Position numbers and translations under genes: made by a program
In this document: positions 1 through 11,970 of the stretch, piece after piece
Layout: each line of letters starts with the position of its first letter
How positions within the stretch are numbered: the first letter of the stretch is position 1
Assembly: GCA_942492025.1 (NCBI GenBank)
Contig: CALODJ010000003.1
Location: 79,648 to 143,647 of the forward strand
Reading direction: 5' to 3'
Source: an uncultured Gammaproteobacteria bacterium
GTDB taxonomy: Bacteria; Pseudomonadota; Gammaproteobacteria; SZUA-229
DNA: 64,000 nt
The notes under the pieces: model-generated
Seen by the model: the letters and a program-made list of their open reading frames with translations, nothing else
Database searches by the model: none
Told to the model about the DNA's origin: nothing

Positions 1-461
1 TCGATAGATTTCAGTCCGGTCTGCACCGGTTGATCAACAGACTTGCGTTCAATCACACCCGGCGCAATCTTTTCTATGGGCGCCGTATCCTTGGTGTTGA
101 TTGGCCCTTTACCATCAATAGGATTTCCCAGTGCATCGACGACACGGCCGAGCATGGCGTCACCAATGGGGACCTCAAGAATACGCCCCGTGCACTTTGC
201 AGTATCGCCTTCAGACAAATGGCCATAATCGCCCAGAACCACGGCACCGACGGAGTCACGTTCGAGGTTAAGCGCCATCGCGTAGGTATCACCGGGCAGT
301 TCGATCATTTCGCCCAGCATGGCATCGGCCAGGCCGTGAATTCGAAGAATACCATCAGTCAGGCTGACCACGGTACCTTCGGTACGGGCCTCGACGGCAG
401 TATCGAAACTCTCGATTCTGGATTTGATGAGTTCACTGATTTCAGATGGATTCAGCTGCAT
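1..461 (-). CDS. atpA: F1 ATP synthase subunit alpha, 5' part (runs off window)
   Basis: Not in ORF track; reverse complement from ATG at 461 reads [44 protein letters not shown]; follows atpH. Confidence 0.95.
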   Translation of the reverse strand, partial: MQLNPSEISELIKSRIESFDTAVEARTEGTVVSLTDGILRIHGLADAMLGEMIELPGDTYAMALNLERDSVGAVVLGDYGHLSEGDTAKCTGRILEVPIGDAMLGRVVDALGNPIDGKGPINTKDTAPIEKIAPGVIERKSVDQPVQTGLKSI

Positions 462-473
462 GTTTGTTTCCTC

Positions 474-1010
474 TTAACGACCCAATGTCAGCGCCAGCGA
501 TTCTAGCCGCGATTTCATTGAGCCATCGATAATTGTGTCTCCGGCCTTGATCACGACACCACCGATTAGGGATTTATCGGTTGAAGTGGTGATAGATACA
601 TCTCGGCCCAGTTTGCTTTTCAGCGTCTCGATAATAGCCTGTTCCTGTTCGGCGGTCAGAGTAAACGCAGAAATAACCTCTGCTTCAACTTTACCCTCAG
701 CCTCGGCACGAAAAGTCTCGAATTGATCGCGCACTTCCGGCAGCGCGCGCAGGCGGCCGTTTTCAGCCATTAGCCTGATCATATTCTGCTGTTCTTGATT
801 CAGCTTGTCAGAAATAACCTTGAGCAGCAGTTCGCCTTTTTGCGCTTTACTGAGCTGCGGCTCGTCGAGCATTTCCTGCATGCCAGCATCAGCCGCGACA
901 GCAGCCATAAGTGCCAGCGCTTCACCCCAGCTTTCCACTGTGGATGTCTGCGTTGCCAGCGAATAAACCGCCCTGGCATAAGGACGTGCTGAGGTAGTGT
1001 ACTCTGCCAT
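474..1010 (-). CDS. atpH: ATP synthase subunit delta
   Basis: ARPYARAVY N-terminus, LIGGVVIKAGDTIIDGS C-terminus; operon position. Confidence 0.95.
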   Translation of the reverse strand: MAEYTTSARPYARAVYSLATQTSTVESWGEALALMAAVAADAGMQEMLDEPQLSKAQKGELLLKVISDKLNQEQQNMIRLMAENGRLRALPEVRDQFETFRAEAEGKVEAEVISAFTLTAEQEQAIIETLKSKLGRDVSITTSTDKSLIGGVVIKAGDTIIDGSMKSRLESLALTLGR

Positions 1011-1030
1011 CGATTCTCAGTCTCCTGTCT

Positions 1031-1501
1031 CTATAGCTGTTCTGCCAGATCTTTGAGTGTGCTGGCATGCGCCGTTTCATCAACTTCTCGCTTCAGCACT
1101 TTCTCCGCACCGGCGATTGCCAGTACTACGACTTCCTTGCGTAAATGTTCACGCGCACGGTTCACTTCCTGTTCAATTTCAGCGTCGGCGCCCGCCATGA
1201 TGCGTTCGGCTTCCGTTCTGGCATCATCCTTGGCTTCATCGACGATTTCATTGGCACGCTTTTGTGCCTGCGCGATGATGTCGGCGGCCTGGCCTTTGGC
1301 CTGTTTCAACTGTTCTGCCGCTTTTTTAGCGGCCAGCTCCTGTTCGTGCTGTCCACGCTCGGCAGCAGCCAGACCATCGGCAATCTGCTTTTTACGCTTG
1401 GCAAGCGCATCCACTAGTGGCGGCCATATAAAGGCGTAACAAAACCACACAAACAGAGCGAAAGTGATCGATTGCCCAATCAGCGTCAAATTGATATTCA
1501 T
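1031..1501 (-). CDS. atpF: ATP synthase F0 subunit b
   Basis: MNINLTLIGQSITFALFVWFC..IWPPL, then coiled coil. Confidence 0.95.
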   Translation of the reverse strand: MNINLTLIGQSITFALFVWFCYAFIWPPLVDALAKRKKQIADGLAAAERGQHEQELAAKKAAEQLKQAKGQAADIIAQAQKRANEIVDEAKDDARTEAERIMAGADAEIEQEVNRAREHLRKEVVVLAIAGAEKVLKREVDETAHASTLKDLAEQL

Positions 1502-1535
1502 ACGCTCGTACCGTTTCTGTTGATGATGTCGCTAA

Positions 1536-2723
<1,188 letters not shown>

Positions 2724-2736
2724 TTATATGCTCTCT

Positions 2737-3219
2737 TTATTTGCGTCTGCTGAAAATATTTACAACAGCAGGTGTCATGTGTACAAAAAAATATACAGCC
2801 AACAGGGCTGCTGCATTCACGGGCCTGATCAGCACAAAGGCCGCCACAAACATCGCGCACGTGAATAAAATCTTGTTCAACTCGCCCCAGTAAAAGCGCC
2901 GGAGGACGACTTCCGCCCGATCAGATGATCTGCCACCGAAAATTTTCAGTGCAAACCAGGCATTTGCCAACGTTGCAATCAAGCCGCCAGCAAATGCTGA
3001 ATAGGCTGCTGTCCAGCCATTTGGCCAGTACAAGCCGAGCAAGATAGCAGACAAAATTGATGTTGCTGCCAGCTGTGCAATTATATAGCCCCTGGCCTGC
3101 CGGGCTGTTTGTCTATTGATCGATTCAAACGACAACGGGGCTGACCATATGAGCTGGAGACAATTTTGCGTAGACGTGGAACGCGCGCAGATTATAAGTA
3201 CCACGCCGTTCATGGTCAA
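2737..3219 (-). CDS. atpI: ATP synthase protein I (start codon uncertain)
   Basis: Small 4-TM protein (FYWGELNKI) directly upstream of atpB. Confidence 0.8.
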   Translation of the reverse strand: MTMNGVVLIICARSTSTQNCLQLIWSAPLSFESINRQTARQARGYIIAQLAATSILSAILLGLYWPNGWTAAYSAFAGGLIATLANAWFALKIFGGRSSDRAEVVLRRFYWGELNKILFTCAMFVAAFVLIRPVNAAALLAVYFFVHMTPAVVNIFSRRK

Positions 3220-3258
3220 GTTGATATGTCCTTATAAAATAAATTTATAGAAGCTATG

Positions 3259-4122
3259 CTATTTTATATGGGACAAAATGCCGTCCAGCTCATCCAGTGA
3301 ACTGTAACTGATTTCCAGCCGTCCCGTGCCCTTGCCTTTCTGGTGTATATTGACAGCGGCTCCCAGCTTTTCCGAGAGATCATTTTCCAGCTTCCTGATA
3401 TCAGGATCTTTGGAGACCGGCTTAACTTTTTTAGGTGGATTCAATGCCTTACGAACGAGTTGCTCGGTCTCGCGCACGGACAGGCCTTTTTTTGCGGTTT
3501 CCTTCGCGAGCTGGCTCTGCACCATACCGGTGACACCGAGCAGGGCGCGAGCGTGGCCCATTTCTATGCGCCGGTTTTCCAGTAATTTTTTTACATCGGC
3601 ATTCAGATCCTGCAGCCTCAACAGGTTACTCACCGCCGCACGTGATCGCGCCACCGTGTCGGCAACTTGCTGGTGGGTCATACTGAATTCATCGATAAGA
3701 CGTTGCAACGCAACAGACTCCTCCAGCGGATTCAGGTTTTCGCGCTGAATGTTCTCGATTAATGATACAGCCGCAGCGGTCTGATCATCAAAATGCTTGA
3801 TGACCGCCGGTATCTGCTCCAGGCCAGCAATTTGCGCGGCACGCCAGCGCCGTTCGCCAGCGACGATTTCGAAGCTGTTATCCGCAGCGGCTCGCACGAC
3901 AATGGGTTGCACCACACCCTGCGAGCTGATCGAGTCCGCCAGCTCCTTGAGCGCGATTTCATCAAAATGCGTACGGGGTTGCCATGGACCGCGCCGTATC
4001 AGGTCAATAGCAAGTTCACGCAGCTCATCTTCGGTCTGAACCGTGGTCATTACTTCGACGGTCTCTGAACCGCCGAGCAAAGCGTTCAATCCGCGACCCA
4101 AACCTTTTTTCTTGGTTGCCAT
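3259..4122 (-). CDS. parB: Chromosome partitioning protein ParB
   Basis: KKGLGRGLNALL, GVVQPIVVR, IVAGERRWRAA, ENIQRENLNPLEE. Confidence 0.96.
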   Translation of the reverse strand: MATKKKGLGRGLNALLGGSETVEVMTTVQTEDELRELAIDLIRRGPWQPRTHFDEIALKELADSISSQGVVQPIVVRAAADNSFEIVAGERRWRAAQIAGLEQIPAVIKHFDDQTAAAVSLIENIQRENLNPLEESVALQRLIDEFSMTHQQVADTVARSRAAVSNLLRLQDLNADVKKLLENRRIEMGHARALLGVTGMVQSQLAKETAKKGLSVRETEQLVRKALNPPKKVKPVSKDPDIRKLENDLSEKLGAAVNIHQKGKGTGRLEISYSSLDELDGILSHIK

Positions 4123-4152
4123 TCTCGTTACCGTTCAGTCATCTGCTTCAGC

Positions 4153-4950
4153 TCATACCACTGCAGACGCATCGGCTGTTTCATGCTGTGCTTTGCGACG
4201 CAGCATCTCACCAGCCAACGCCAGGTAGGCGAGGGCACCTCTAGAGGTTCTCTCGTAGAGCAGTGCCGGCAGTCCGTAACTGGGAGCCTCCGCCAGTCGC
4301 ACATTTCGCGGAACGATGGTGCGATAGACTTTATCGCCAAAATGTTCGACTAATTGGCTCGAAACGTCGTTTGACAGGGTATTGCGCGGATCATACATGG
4401 TGCGCAGCAGTCCTTCTATTTGCAGATCGGGGTTGACTGTTGAGCGTACCTGTTCAATGGTCTCCATCAGCGATGTCAGCCCTTCCAGTGCATAATACTC
4501 GCACTGCATCGGAATGATCACACCATCAGCAGCGACCATCGCATTCAAGGTCAGCATATTCAGTGCCGGCGGGCAATCCAGAATGACGTACTGGTAGTCC
4601 TGTTTGATACTTGCCAGGCTGTTTTTCAAACGTGTTTCAGCACCGTGGCTGCGCATCAGTTCGACTTCAGCGGCAGTCAGATCGCTGTTCGATGGAAGCA
4701 GATCGATACCTACTTTCTCAATGTGCCGCAGACAGTCACGTGGATCAAGCCCCTGTAACAGAACATCACACAGGCTTTGCTCGAGTGCGTTTTTATCGAC
4801 GCCTACACCCATGGTGGCGTTGCCCTGCGGGTCCAGGTCTACCAGTAAAACCCGGCGTTTTGTGGCCGCAAGCGACGCGGCCAGATTTACGCTGGTGGTG
4901 GTTTTGCCTACGCCGCCTTTTTGGTTCGCCAACGCCAGTACTTGAGTCAT
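4153..4950 (-). CDS. parA: Chromosome partitioning ATPase ParA/Soj
   Basis: NQKGGVGKTTT deviant Walker A, DLDPQGNAT, LAEAPSYG; start placed at MTQVLA. Confidence 0.96.
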   Translation of the reverse strand: MTQVLALANQKGGVGKTTTSVNLAASLAATKRRVLLVDLDPQGNATMGVGVDKNALEQSLCDVLLQGLDPRDCLRHIEKVGIDLLPSNSDLTAAEVELMRSHGAETRLKNSLASIKQDYQYVILDCPPALNMLTLNAMVAADGVIIPMQCEYYALEGLTSLMETIEQVRSTVNPDLQIEGLLRTMYDPRNTLSNDVSSQLVEHFGDKVYRTIVPRNVRLAEAPSYGLPALLYERTSRGALAYLALAGEMLRRKAQHETADASAVV

Positions 4951-4951
4951 A

Positions 4952-5587
4952 TCAGTGTGTCTTCTCGATTTCGAGTAAATGTCTTTCAGCATCCAGCCCG
5001 GGTATTTTTATTGTATGCGATTGCCTGAGCGCATAACCGGGTACACCAATGGTTTCATCCAGTTTGCCCTGCATAATCAGTATCCGGGTTTCGGGTTTAT
5101 GCAAATGCGCCGTGTTCTGCAATATCTCCGTCGTGCTCGCATAGGCGCGCGCGATGACTGCATCGAAGTATATCCTATGATCATCCCTGATGGGTGAATA
5201 CGCTTCAACCCGCGCGTTGGCGACCTCAACGTTATCGAGACCCAGGGTGATTTTTGCCTGGGTCAGAAAGCGTGCTTTTTTACCATTACTGTCAATCAGT
5301 ACATATTGATTGTACGGTGCGGCTATCGCCAGGGGTATACCCGGCAGACCGGCACCACTGCCGACATCCAGTATCAAGCCTGCACCGATGTATGGCAGCA
5401 CAGCGAGGCTATCCAGCAAATGCTTGCTCAGCATTTGCTCGCCGTCGCGGATCGCCGTCAGATTGAACACCCTGTTCCAGTGGCTGAGGAGGCCGAGATA
5501 GTCGATCAACTGGTGACTGGCTTGTTCGGGCAGCTCGATGCCCATGATGTCTAAGCCGGTATGTAGCTCTGGTAACAGGCTCTTCAC
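4952..5587 (-). CDS. rsmG: 16S rRNA m7G527 methyltransferase (GidB)
   Basis: FNLTAIRD, HLLDSL, DVGSGAGLPGIPLAI. Confidence 0.95.
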   Translation of the reverse strand: MKSLLPELHTGLDIMGIELPEQASHQLIDYLGLLSHWNRVFNLTAIRDGEQMLSKHLLDSLAVLPYIGAGLILDVGSGAGLPGIPLAIAAPYNQYVLIDSNGKKARFLTQAKITLGLDNVEVANARVEAYSPIRDDHRIYFDAVIARAYASTTEILQNTAHLHKPETRILIMQGKLDETIGVPGYALRQSHTIKIPGLDAERHLLEIEKTH

Positions 5588-5600
5588 TAATCGATCTGGA

Positions 5601-7484
5601 CTAACTAAAAGTCGCTTTTTTCAGATGCACCATCAACAGCGATATCGCTGCCGGTGTTATGCCAGGAATACGACTGGCCTGGCCAATGGTCTGCGGCTGA
5701 AATTCCGACAGTTTCTGACTGACCTCGGCTGACAGCCCGCGCACCGCGTTGTAGTCGATCACGTTGGGTATCGGGGTCTGCTCGTGGCGACGCGCCTTTT
5801 CGATTTCTGCATGCTGCCGATCAAGGTAACCGGCGTACTTGGCCTGGATTTCGACCTGCTCTGCTACTGCATTATCGGGCACTGCACCACCGATTGCAGC
5901 GGTGAGTTTGTGATAGTCAATTTCAGGACGGCGTAACAGATCGCTGGCCTTGAACTCACGCGACAGAGGCTTGTCGAGACAAGTAGACAATATCTCGCCT
6001 GGTTCTGAACCGGGCAGTACCGTAAGCCCATTGAGACGGCGTTGTTCGTGCTCGATGGCGTCACGTTTCTCGGCGAAGATACGCCAGTGCGTGTCATTGA
6101 TCAGGCCGAAATCATGCGCGATCGGCGTCAATCTCAAATCAGCATTATCTTCACGTAATATCAGGCGATACTCCGCTCGACTGGTAAACATACGGTAGGG
6201 CTCAGTGGTGCCGCGGGTGATCAAGTCATCGACCAGCACACCAAGGTAGGCCTCATCCCTGCCGGGTGTCCACGCGTCCCGTTGCTGAACCTGTCGTGCC
6301 GCGTTGATGGCCGCCAGCAGACCCTGTGCCGCAGCTTCCTCATAGCCAGTGGTGCCGTTTATCTGCCCGGCTAAGAACAGGCCATGAACGCATCGGGTTT
6401 CCAGCGATGCCTTCAGATCACGTGGATCGAAGTAGTCATACTCGATGGCGTAACCGGGCCGGGTGATGTGGGCATTTTCGAAACCCTTCATCGAGCGCAC
6501 AAATTCAAACTGCACATCGAACGGCAGACTGGTTGAAATACCATTCGGATAGACCTCATGCGTATCCAGGCCTTCGGGCTCTATGAAGATCTGGTGTGAT
6601 TCCCTGTCGGCAAAACGCACGATCTTGTCTTCGATCGACGGACAATAACGCGGACCCACACCCTCGATGACGCCGCTGTACATCGGCGAACGATCAAGCC
6701 CGTCGCGGATGATGTCGTGTGTTCTGCTGTTGGTGTGGGTGATATGGCAGCTGATTTGCGGCGGATGCTCGCTAACTGAACCTGTGAAAGAGAACACGGG
6801 TACCGGGTCATCACCGGGCTGTTCCTGCAACCCGGCATAGTCAATGCTGCGGCCGTCGATACGCGGCGGCGTACCCGTTTTTAACCGGCCCACGCGCAAA
6901 GGCAGTTCTCGCAGACGATGTGCCAGCGTGATCGAAGGCGGGTCGCCGGCACGCCCCCCCGAGTGATGACTCTGACCAACGTGTATCTTGCCGCCAAGGA
7001 AAGTGCCGACCGTTAACACCACGGCCCGCGCGTGGAATTTGAGCCCGAGCTGGGTCACTACACCGAAGATATGATCAGACTGACCATCACTGGTGATGAT
7101 CAGATCATCAACGGCTTGTTGAAAGAGTGAAAGATTCGGCTGGTTTTCCAGCGCGTGCCTGATCGCGGCTTTATAGAGTACACGGTCGGCCTGGGCACGG
7201 GTTGCACGGACTGCCGGTCCCTTGCGACTGTTAAGGGTGCGAAACTGGATCCCGCTGCGATCTGCAGCTTTGGCCATGACCCCGCCCATCGCATCGATCT
7301 CTTTGACTAGATGACCCTTGCCGATACCACCGATGGCCGGGTTGCAGCTCATTTGACCCAGGGTTTCGATGTTGTGAGACAACAGCAGGGTTTTCACCCC
7401 CATGCGCGCAGACGCAAGTGCGGCTTCGGTGCCGGCATGCCCGCCACCAATGACGATCACATCAAATTTGTCAGTGTAGAACAT
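5601..7484 (-). CDS. mnmG: tRNA uridine-5-carboxymethylaminomethyl modification enzyme (GidA)
   Basis: [54 protein letters not shown]. Confidence 0.98.
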   Translation of the reverse strand: MFYTDKFDVIVIGGGHAGTEAALASARMGVKTLLLSHNIETLGQMSCNPAIGGIGKGHLVKEIDAMGGVMAKAADRSGIQFRTLNSRKGPAVRATRAQADRVLYKAAIRHALENQPNLSLFQQAVDDLIITSDGQSDHIFGVVTQLGLKFHARAVVLTVGTFLGGKIHVGQSHHSGGRAGDPPSITLAHRLRELPLRVGRLKTGTPPRIDGRSIDYAGLQEQPGDDPVPVFSFTGSVSEHPPQISCHITHTNSRTHDIIRDGLDRSPMYSGVIEGVGPRYCPSIEDKIVRFADRESHQIFIEPEGLDTHEVYPNGISTSLPFDVQFEFVRSMKGFENAHITRPGYAIEYDYFDPRDLKASLETRCVHGLFLAGQINGTTGYEEAAAQGLLAAINAARQVQQRDAWTPGRDEAYLGVLVDDLITRGTTEPYRMFTSRAEYRLILREDNADLRLTPIAHDFGLINDTHWRIFAEKRDAIEHEQRRLNGLTVLPGSEPGEILSTCLDKPLSREFKASDLLRRPEIDYHKLTAAIGGAVPDNAVAEQVEIQAKYAGYLDRQHAEIEKARRHEQTPIPNVIDYNAVRGLSAEVSQKLSEFQPQTIGQASRIPGITPAAISLLMVHLKKATFS

Positions 7485-7655
7485 CGATAGCCCGGTTTGA
7501 GCAAAAAAGTTAACTGCGTATTATAAAATAATCATTCCCTGATTGCCTTGTGTTTTTAACCGGTCCACAGACTGGTTAACCCACAGGTGCAATATCGATC
7601 ATTAACCCGCATTTGTCACCAGAGAACGAGATGCAGATTAGTCACACAAGCATGC

Positions 7656-8525
7656 TCAGTAAAAAACAACGGTCCGATTCTCGTAGACCAGCAGATTGTT
7701 CTTCAGCTGGTGCCATATCGCACGTGCCAATACGACTTTTTCAAGATCCCGGCCTTTGCGTATCATGTCGTCAACCGTATCCTTGTGGCTGACATGGACC
7801 ACATCCTGTTCAATTATCGGACCTGCATCCAGATCCGCTGTCACAAAGTGACTGGTCGCGCCGATAATTTTTACACCGCGTTCAAACGCGGAATGGTACG
7901 GGCGTCCGCCAGGGAAGGCAGGAAGAAACGAATGATGAATATTAATAACACGCTGCGGATAGTGTTCGATAAAATCCTCGCTTAATATCTGCATGTAACG
8001 CGCGAGCACAATAAAATCAATCTGGTATTTATCAAGCAGTTCAAGCTGTTTCTTTTCCTGATTCAGCTTGTTGTTCCTGTCAACCGGCAAACAAAAATAA
8101 TCAATATTAAAACGTTCCGCGACGGCTGACATTTCATCATGGTTACTAATTATCAGCGGGATGTCTACCTGCCATTCGCCTGCCTCGTAACGCGACAGCA
8201 CATCATAAAAACAATGCGGCAGCTTTGATACGAAAACAGCCATGCGCGGTTTATCTGATGAGAAGTGGAGCTGCCACTGCATACCAAAACGTGATGCAAC
8301 TGCGTGTTCAAATTTCTTGTCAATATCATTCAAAGGGAGAGAAAAATTTTGCAGCTCCCATTCAATCCGCATAAAAAATCGCTGCTGATCTGTATCAACA
8401 TGCTGATCTAGACTGATGATGTTACCACCGTTGCTGAAAATGAATTCGGTAATCGATACAACAATTCCCGGCTTATCTTTACAATGTATTAGTAAAATGG
8501 CGGATTTTTTCTTGGCAGTGTTCAT
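7656..8525 (-). CDS. purU: Formyltetrahydrofolate deformylase
   Basis: ACT domain (CKDKPGIV), LARYMQIL, INIHHSFLPAFPG, GVKIIGATSHFV, DAGPIIEQDV. Confidence 0.93.
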   Translation of the reverse strand: MNTAKKKSAILLIHCKDKPGIVVSITEFIFSNGGNIISLDQHVDTDQQRFFMRIEWELQNFSLPLNDIDKKFEHAVASRFGMQWQLHFSSDKPRMAVFVSKLPHCFYDVLSRYEAGEWQVDIPLIISNHDEMSAVAERFNIDYFCLPVDRNNKLNQEKKQLELLDKYQIDFIVLARYMQILSEDFIEHYPQRVINIHHSFLPAFPGGRPYHSAFERGVKIIGATSHFVTADLDAGPIIEQDVVHVSHKDTVDDMIRKGRDLEKVVLARAIWHQLKNNLLVYENRTVVFY

Positions 8526-8846
8526 ACTTAAATAACTTGTGCATTCATTCCTATCAATCAAGGAAACTCTGATTTATTCAGAGTTCCCTTAAAAGACTAC
8601 CATGGATCACCATCGCCCTCCTATATCTGAGAATACATGACGCGCACGCACTGATACGCTACCTGGCATCGTGATAATTGACATATATCAAGGCACAGAT
8701 ATTAAGGATCTGCTGAAAATCCAAGCGCATGCTACGGGTAACAAGCAATCAAAACCTGACCGGTTATCAGGTTCTAACATGACCGTCATGAATACTGAGG
8801 CGGTTAGCCCGTATTTATCACGAGGGATGAGAAACGCGGACCAATA

Positions 8847-9620
8847 CTAAGCTGCTGTCATGATATTGGATAATACGCCAACCCCGTCAATCGATACTTC
8901 GATGATCTGACCATCATCCATAGCTCTTGCGTTCAGTCCCGTTCCGCAGGCAATGATATCGCCGGGAAATAAGGTCATGTCTTGTGATATCGCACTCACC
9001 AGCTTATGCGGATGGAACACCATATCGGTCACAGGATAATCCTGCAATAGCTCGCCATCCAGACGTGATTGAATAACCAGGCTGTCTACATCAACGTCTG
9101 TGGCGATCACCGGACCGAAAACACCAAAGGTGTCAAAACCCTTAGCCCGTGTCCACTGTGGAAAAGATGGATCCCGCTTGAGTATTTCCTTCGCCGTTAC
9201 GTCATTTATACAGGTATAACCGAAAATATAATCCGCAGCTTCGCTCTCGGAAATATGCAATCCAGCTTTTCCAATAACAATGCCCAGTTCTCCCTCAAAA
9301 AAAACAGGGCCATCGTAAGAAGCCGGTCGAATAATCGGCTGGGCATGGGCGTTGAATGAATTGGACGTTTTTACAAAGTAAAGTGGCTCGGGTGGAATGT
9401 CCCATCCCTCGTGTTCCGCACGGGAATAAAAATTATTCCATAAAGCGAGCATTTTTCCTGGTTTACACGGGATGAGTATTTCCACATCGCCGACTTTATG
9501 GTGCTCATTGACTGGTTGCGGATCGTTAAACAGGTCACCACGGTGGACATGTATGGTATCTCCATCGAGCATACCCAATCTACAACGATTTTTGTCAGAA
9601 AATTGTAACCAAAACGGCAT
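8847..9620 (-). CDS. Fumarylacetoacetate hydrolase family protein
   Basis: EPLYFVK, FFEGELGIVIGK, GYTCINDVT, WTRAKGFDTF, PGDIIACGT. Confidence 0.88.
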   Translation of the reverse strand: MPFWLQFSDKNRCRLGMLDGDTIHVHRGDLFNDPQPVNEHHKVGDVEILIPCKPGKMLALWNNFYSRAEHEGWDIPPEPLYFVKTSNSFNAHAQPIIRPASYDGPVFFEGELGIVIGKAGLHISESEAADYIFGYTCINDVTAKEILKRDPSFPQWTRAKGFDTFGVFGPVIATDVDVDSLVIQSRLDGELLQDYPVTDMVFHPHKLVSAISQDMTLFPGDIIACGTGLNARAMDDGQIIEVSIDGVGVLSNIMTAA

Positions 9621-9746
9621 AAGGCTTTGATCCGAGTATAATTATCATTAATATAAAAAGCTAATACTGTGAATACCATTAAGCAATAGAAACACATTGC
9701 TTTATTGTAAATGTAAATAATCATAACAATAAAATGGGCTAATAAC

Positions 9747-10502
9747 ATGTTTGAAATAACCATTCAGGATGGGGCGGTTACAACAATACTCTCATTGCTG
9801 TTTCCTGCTTCAGTACTCTTTTTCGCATATCTCATACGTGGTGTTGCCGGATTCGGTTCAGCCCTTATCGCGGTTCCGCTACTGGCTTTAACCATGCCAT
9901 TGACCATCGTGGTCCCTTTGGTGGTTTTTCTTGACTATGTTGGCTCCGCCAGCCAGGGCATCAACAACCGTCAAAGTGTCCAGTGGAATGAAATTATGCC
10001 TTTGCTTCCGTTCACCGTGATTGGAGTTGCTGTTTCTCTTTATGTGATGGATTCGGTTAAACCGGAGATGCTGTCCGTAGCATTGGGCGGATTCATTGTT
10101 ATGTTTGCGGTTTACCAGCTACTTCCAGTAAAACTGGGCAAGGCAAAACGCACAATTTCCGTACCATCCGGATTTTTAGGCGGCTTTGTCGGAACTCTGT
10201 TTGGTACCGGTGGCCCGTTTTATGTGATTTATCTAAATCTGCGTCATCTGGATAAAAATTCTTTCCGCGCAACATTTGCTTCAATATTCCTTCTTGACGG
10301 CGCCTTGCGTCTGGCAGGTTATGCAGTCAAGGGCTTTTACACACTGGAGATGCTCAGCTACCTGGCCATGGCTGTACCCATCGCAGGACTGGGCCTTTTT
10401 CTCGGGGGTAGAATTCATACGTCAATGGGGCGCGACGCTTTTGTTCGGTTGATAAGTGCTTTATTACTGGGAAGCGGCACTGCGCTGCTGATGAAATCCT
10501 GA
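9747..10502 (+). CDS. Sulfite exporter TauE/SafE family membrane protein
   Basis: Two repeats GVAGFGSAL / GFVGTLFGTGGP, FRAT motif, about 8 TM segments. Confidence 0.85.
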   Translation: MFEITIQDGAVTTILSLLFPASVLFFAYLIRGVAGFGSALIAVPLLALTMPLTIVVPLVVFLDYVGSASQGINNRQSVQWNEIMPLLPFTVIGVAVSLYVMDSVKPEMLSVALGGFIVMFAVYQLLPVKLGKAKRTISVPSGFLGGFVGTLFGTGGPFYVIYLNLRHLDKNSFRATFASIFLLDGALRLAGYAVKGFYTLEMLSYLAMAVPIAGLGLFLGGRIHTSMGRDAFVRLISALLLGSGTALLMKS

Positions 10503-10595
10503 CGGCGATCCTGGCTGGATTTATACAGGAATTTTATACCGCAACTGCTTTACCCTTGCCGGGATAGTCAACTCCGATATATTGAGCAACATAAA

Positions 10596-11930
10596 TTATT
10601 TACCAATACAGAAGTCAGCGAATATTCTTCCAAGCAGGTCGTCGCTGGTAAACTCCCCAGTAATGCTGGACAGCTCCTGTTGAGCCAGTTTGAGTTCTTC
10701 TGCAACTAATTCAGCCGTATTATTTTCCAGGCATGTCGTCGCCGTATCCAAATGATTTGACGCATTGCGTATGGCGGATATATGTCTGCGCCTTGCAATA
10801 AACTGACCTTCTGTATGCCTCTGGTATCCCATGCATGCTTTCAGGTGTTGTCTTAAAAGCTCAATACCATCCCCGCTTTTAGCAGACAGAAAGATATTCG
10901 TGACATCTTCCATTTCGGTAACACGATTACTCTCCCCACTCAAATCTGTTTTGTTATAAACAACACTGATTCCAGTGTTTTTTGGTATTCGTTTATAGAT
11001 ATCTTCTGGAATGTTATCTTTATCCTGTGAATCCAATACATAAAGTAAACGATCACATTGTTTGATTTCTTTCCATGCTCGTCTGACACCCTCCTGTTCG
11101 ATTGGGTCTTCAGAATCACGTAGACCAGCAGTATCGATAATGTGTAACGGTAATCCATCTATCTGAATGTGTTCGCGTAATACATCACGAGTCGTTCCAG
11201 GTATGTCGGTAACAATTGCCGTTTCGCTCTGTGCTAATCGATTGAGCAAACTTGATTTACCTGCATTTGGTTTTCCTGCAATAACAACAGTCATACCTTC
11301 TCTGAGCAGGCAACCCTGCCTGGCTGATTCGAGTGCTGAGCCAAGCTGTTGTTGAACGTTACCAAGTTTTTCACCTACAACGTTATCCCCAAGAAAATCT
11401 ATTTCTTCATCTGGAAAGTCCAAAGCAGCCTCAACATACATTCGCAACTGAATAAGCTGTTCGACTAATCCAAGGATCATTCTTGAGAATTCCCCTCTGA
11501 GCGAACGAATAGCAGCACGTGCTGCATCTTCACTTTCTGCAGAGATAAGATCAGCAACAGCCTCTGCCTGAGCCAGATCAATCTTGTCATTCAGGAACGC
11601 ACGTTCGGTAAATTCGCCCGCGCGTGCTACACGCGCTCCATGCTTGATTGTTTGTTGAAGTAACAAATCAAGTACAACCTGCCCACCGTGTCCATGCAAT
11701 TCAAGAACATCTTCCCCGGTAAAGGAGTGTGGCCGTTGGAAAAAAAGGGCGATTCCTTTATCGATAACGTTATCTTCAGTATCCTTAAACGAAAGGTACT
11801 CGGCATGGCGGCATTGTGGGCATCGCCCAAGGATAGCTTGCGCGACTGTTTTACACAGGGGGCCAGATACGCGGACAATACCAACACCGCCCTGGCCAGG
11901 CGGTGTGGCTATTGCCGCAATCGTATCCAT
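10596..11930 (-). CDS. mnmE: tRNA modification GTPase (TrmE)
   Basis: [44 protein letters not shown]-terminal FCIGK. Confidence 0.97.
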   Translation of the reverse strand: MDTIAAIATPPGQGGVGIVRVSGPLCKTVAQAILGRCPQCRHAEYLSFKDTEDNVIDKGIALFFQRPHSFTGEDVLELHGHGGQVVLDLLLQQTIKHGARVARAGEFTERAFLNDKIDLAQAEAVADLISAESEDAARAAIRSLRGEFSRMILGLVEQLIQLRMYVEAALDFPDEEIDFLGDNVVGEKLGNVQQQLGSALESARQGCLLREGMTVVIAGKPNAGKSSLLNRLAQSETAIVTDIPGTTRDVLREHIQIDGLPLHIIDTAGLRDSEDPIEQEGVRRAWKEIKQCDRLLYVLDSQDKDNIPEDIYKRIPKNTGISVVYNKTDLSGESNRVTEMEDVTNIFLSAKSGDGIELLRQHLKACMGYQRHTEGQFIARRRHISAIRNASNHLDTATTCLENNTAELVAEELKLAQQELSSITGEFTSDDLLGRIFADFCIGK

Positions 11931-11970
11931 CAGTCAATGCAAACGTATTTTGTGAGGTAGCGCTGGGTAT

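Noticed and set aside
30-506. 158-aa + strand ORF and the many other antisense/overlapping ORFs in the track (e.g. 2127-2720, 13659-14156, 33246-33839, 58059-58652)
   Set aside because: They shadow well-supported genes on the opposite strand or in another frame and lack recognisable motifs
7485-7655. E. coli-type oriC next to mnmG (gidA)
   Set aside because: No DnaA box better than two mismatches, no GATC cluster, no 13-mer-like DUE
9371-9763. 130-aa hydrophobic - strand ORF overlapping FAH
   Set aside because: Alternative frame over FAH plus the AT-rich divergent promoter; hydrophobicity reflects low GC
10503-10620. Duplicated mnmE 3' end as an island att site
   Set aside because: No second copy of the FCIGK-coding end found near 7485-7655 or elsewhere by eye
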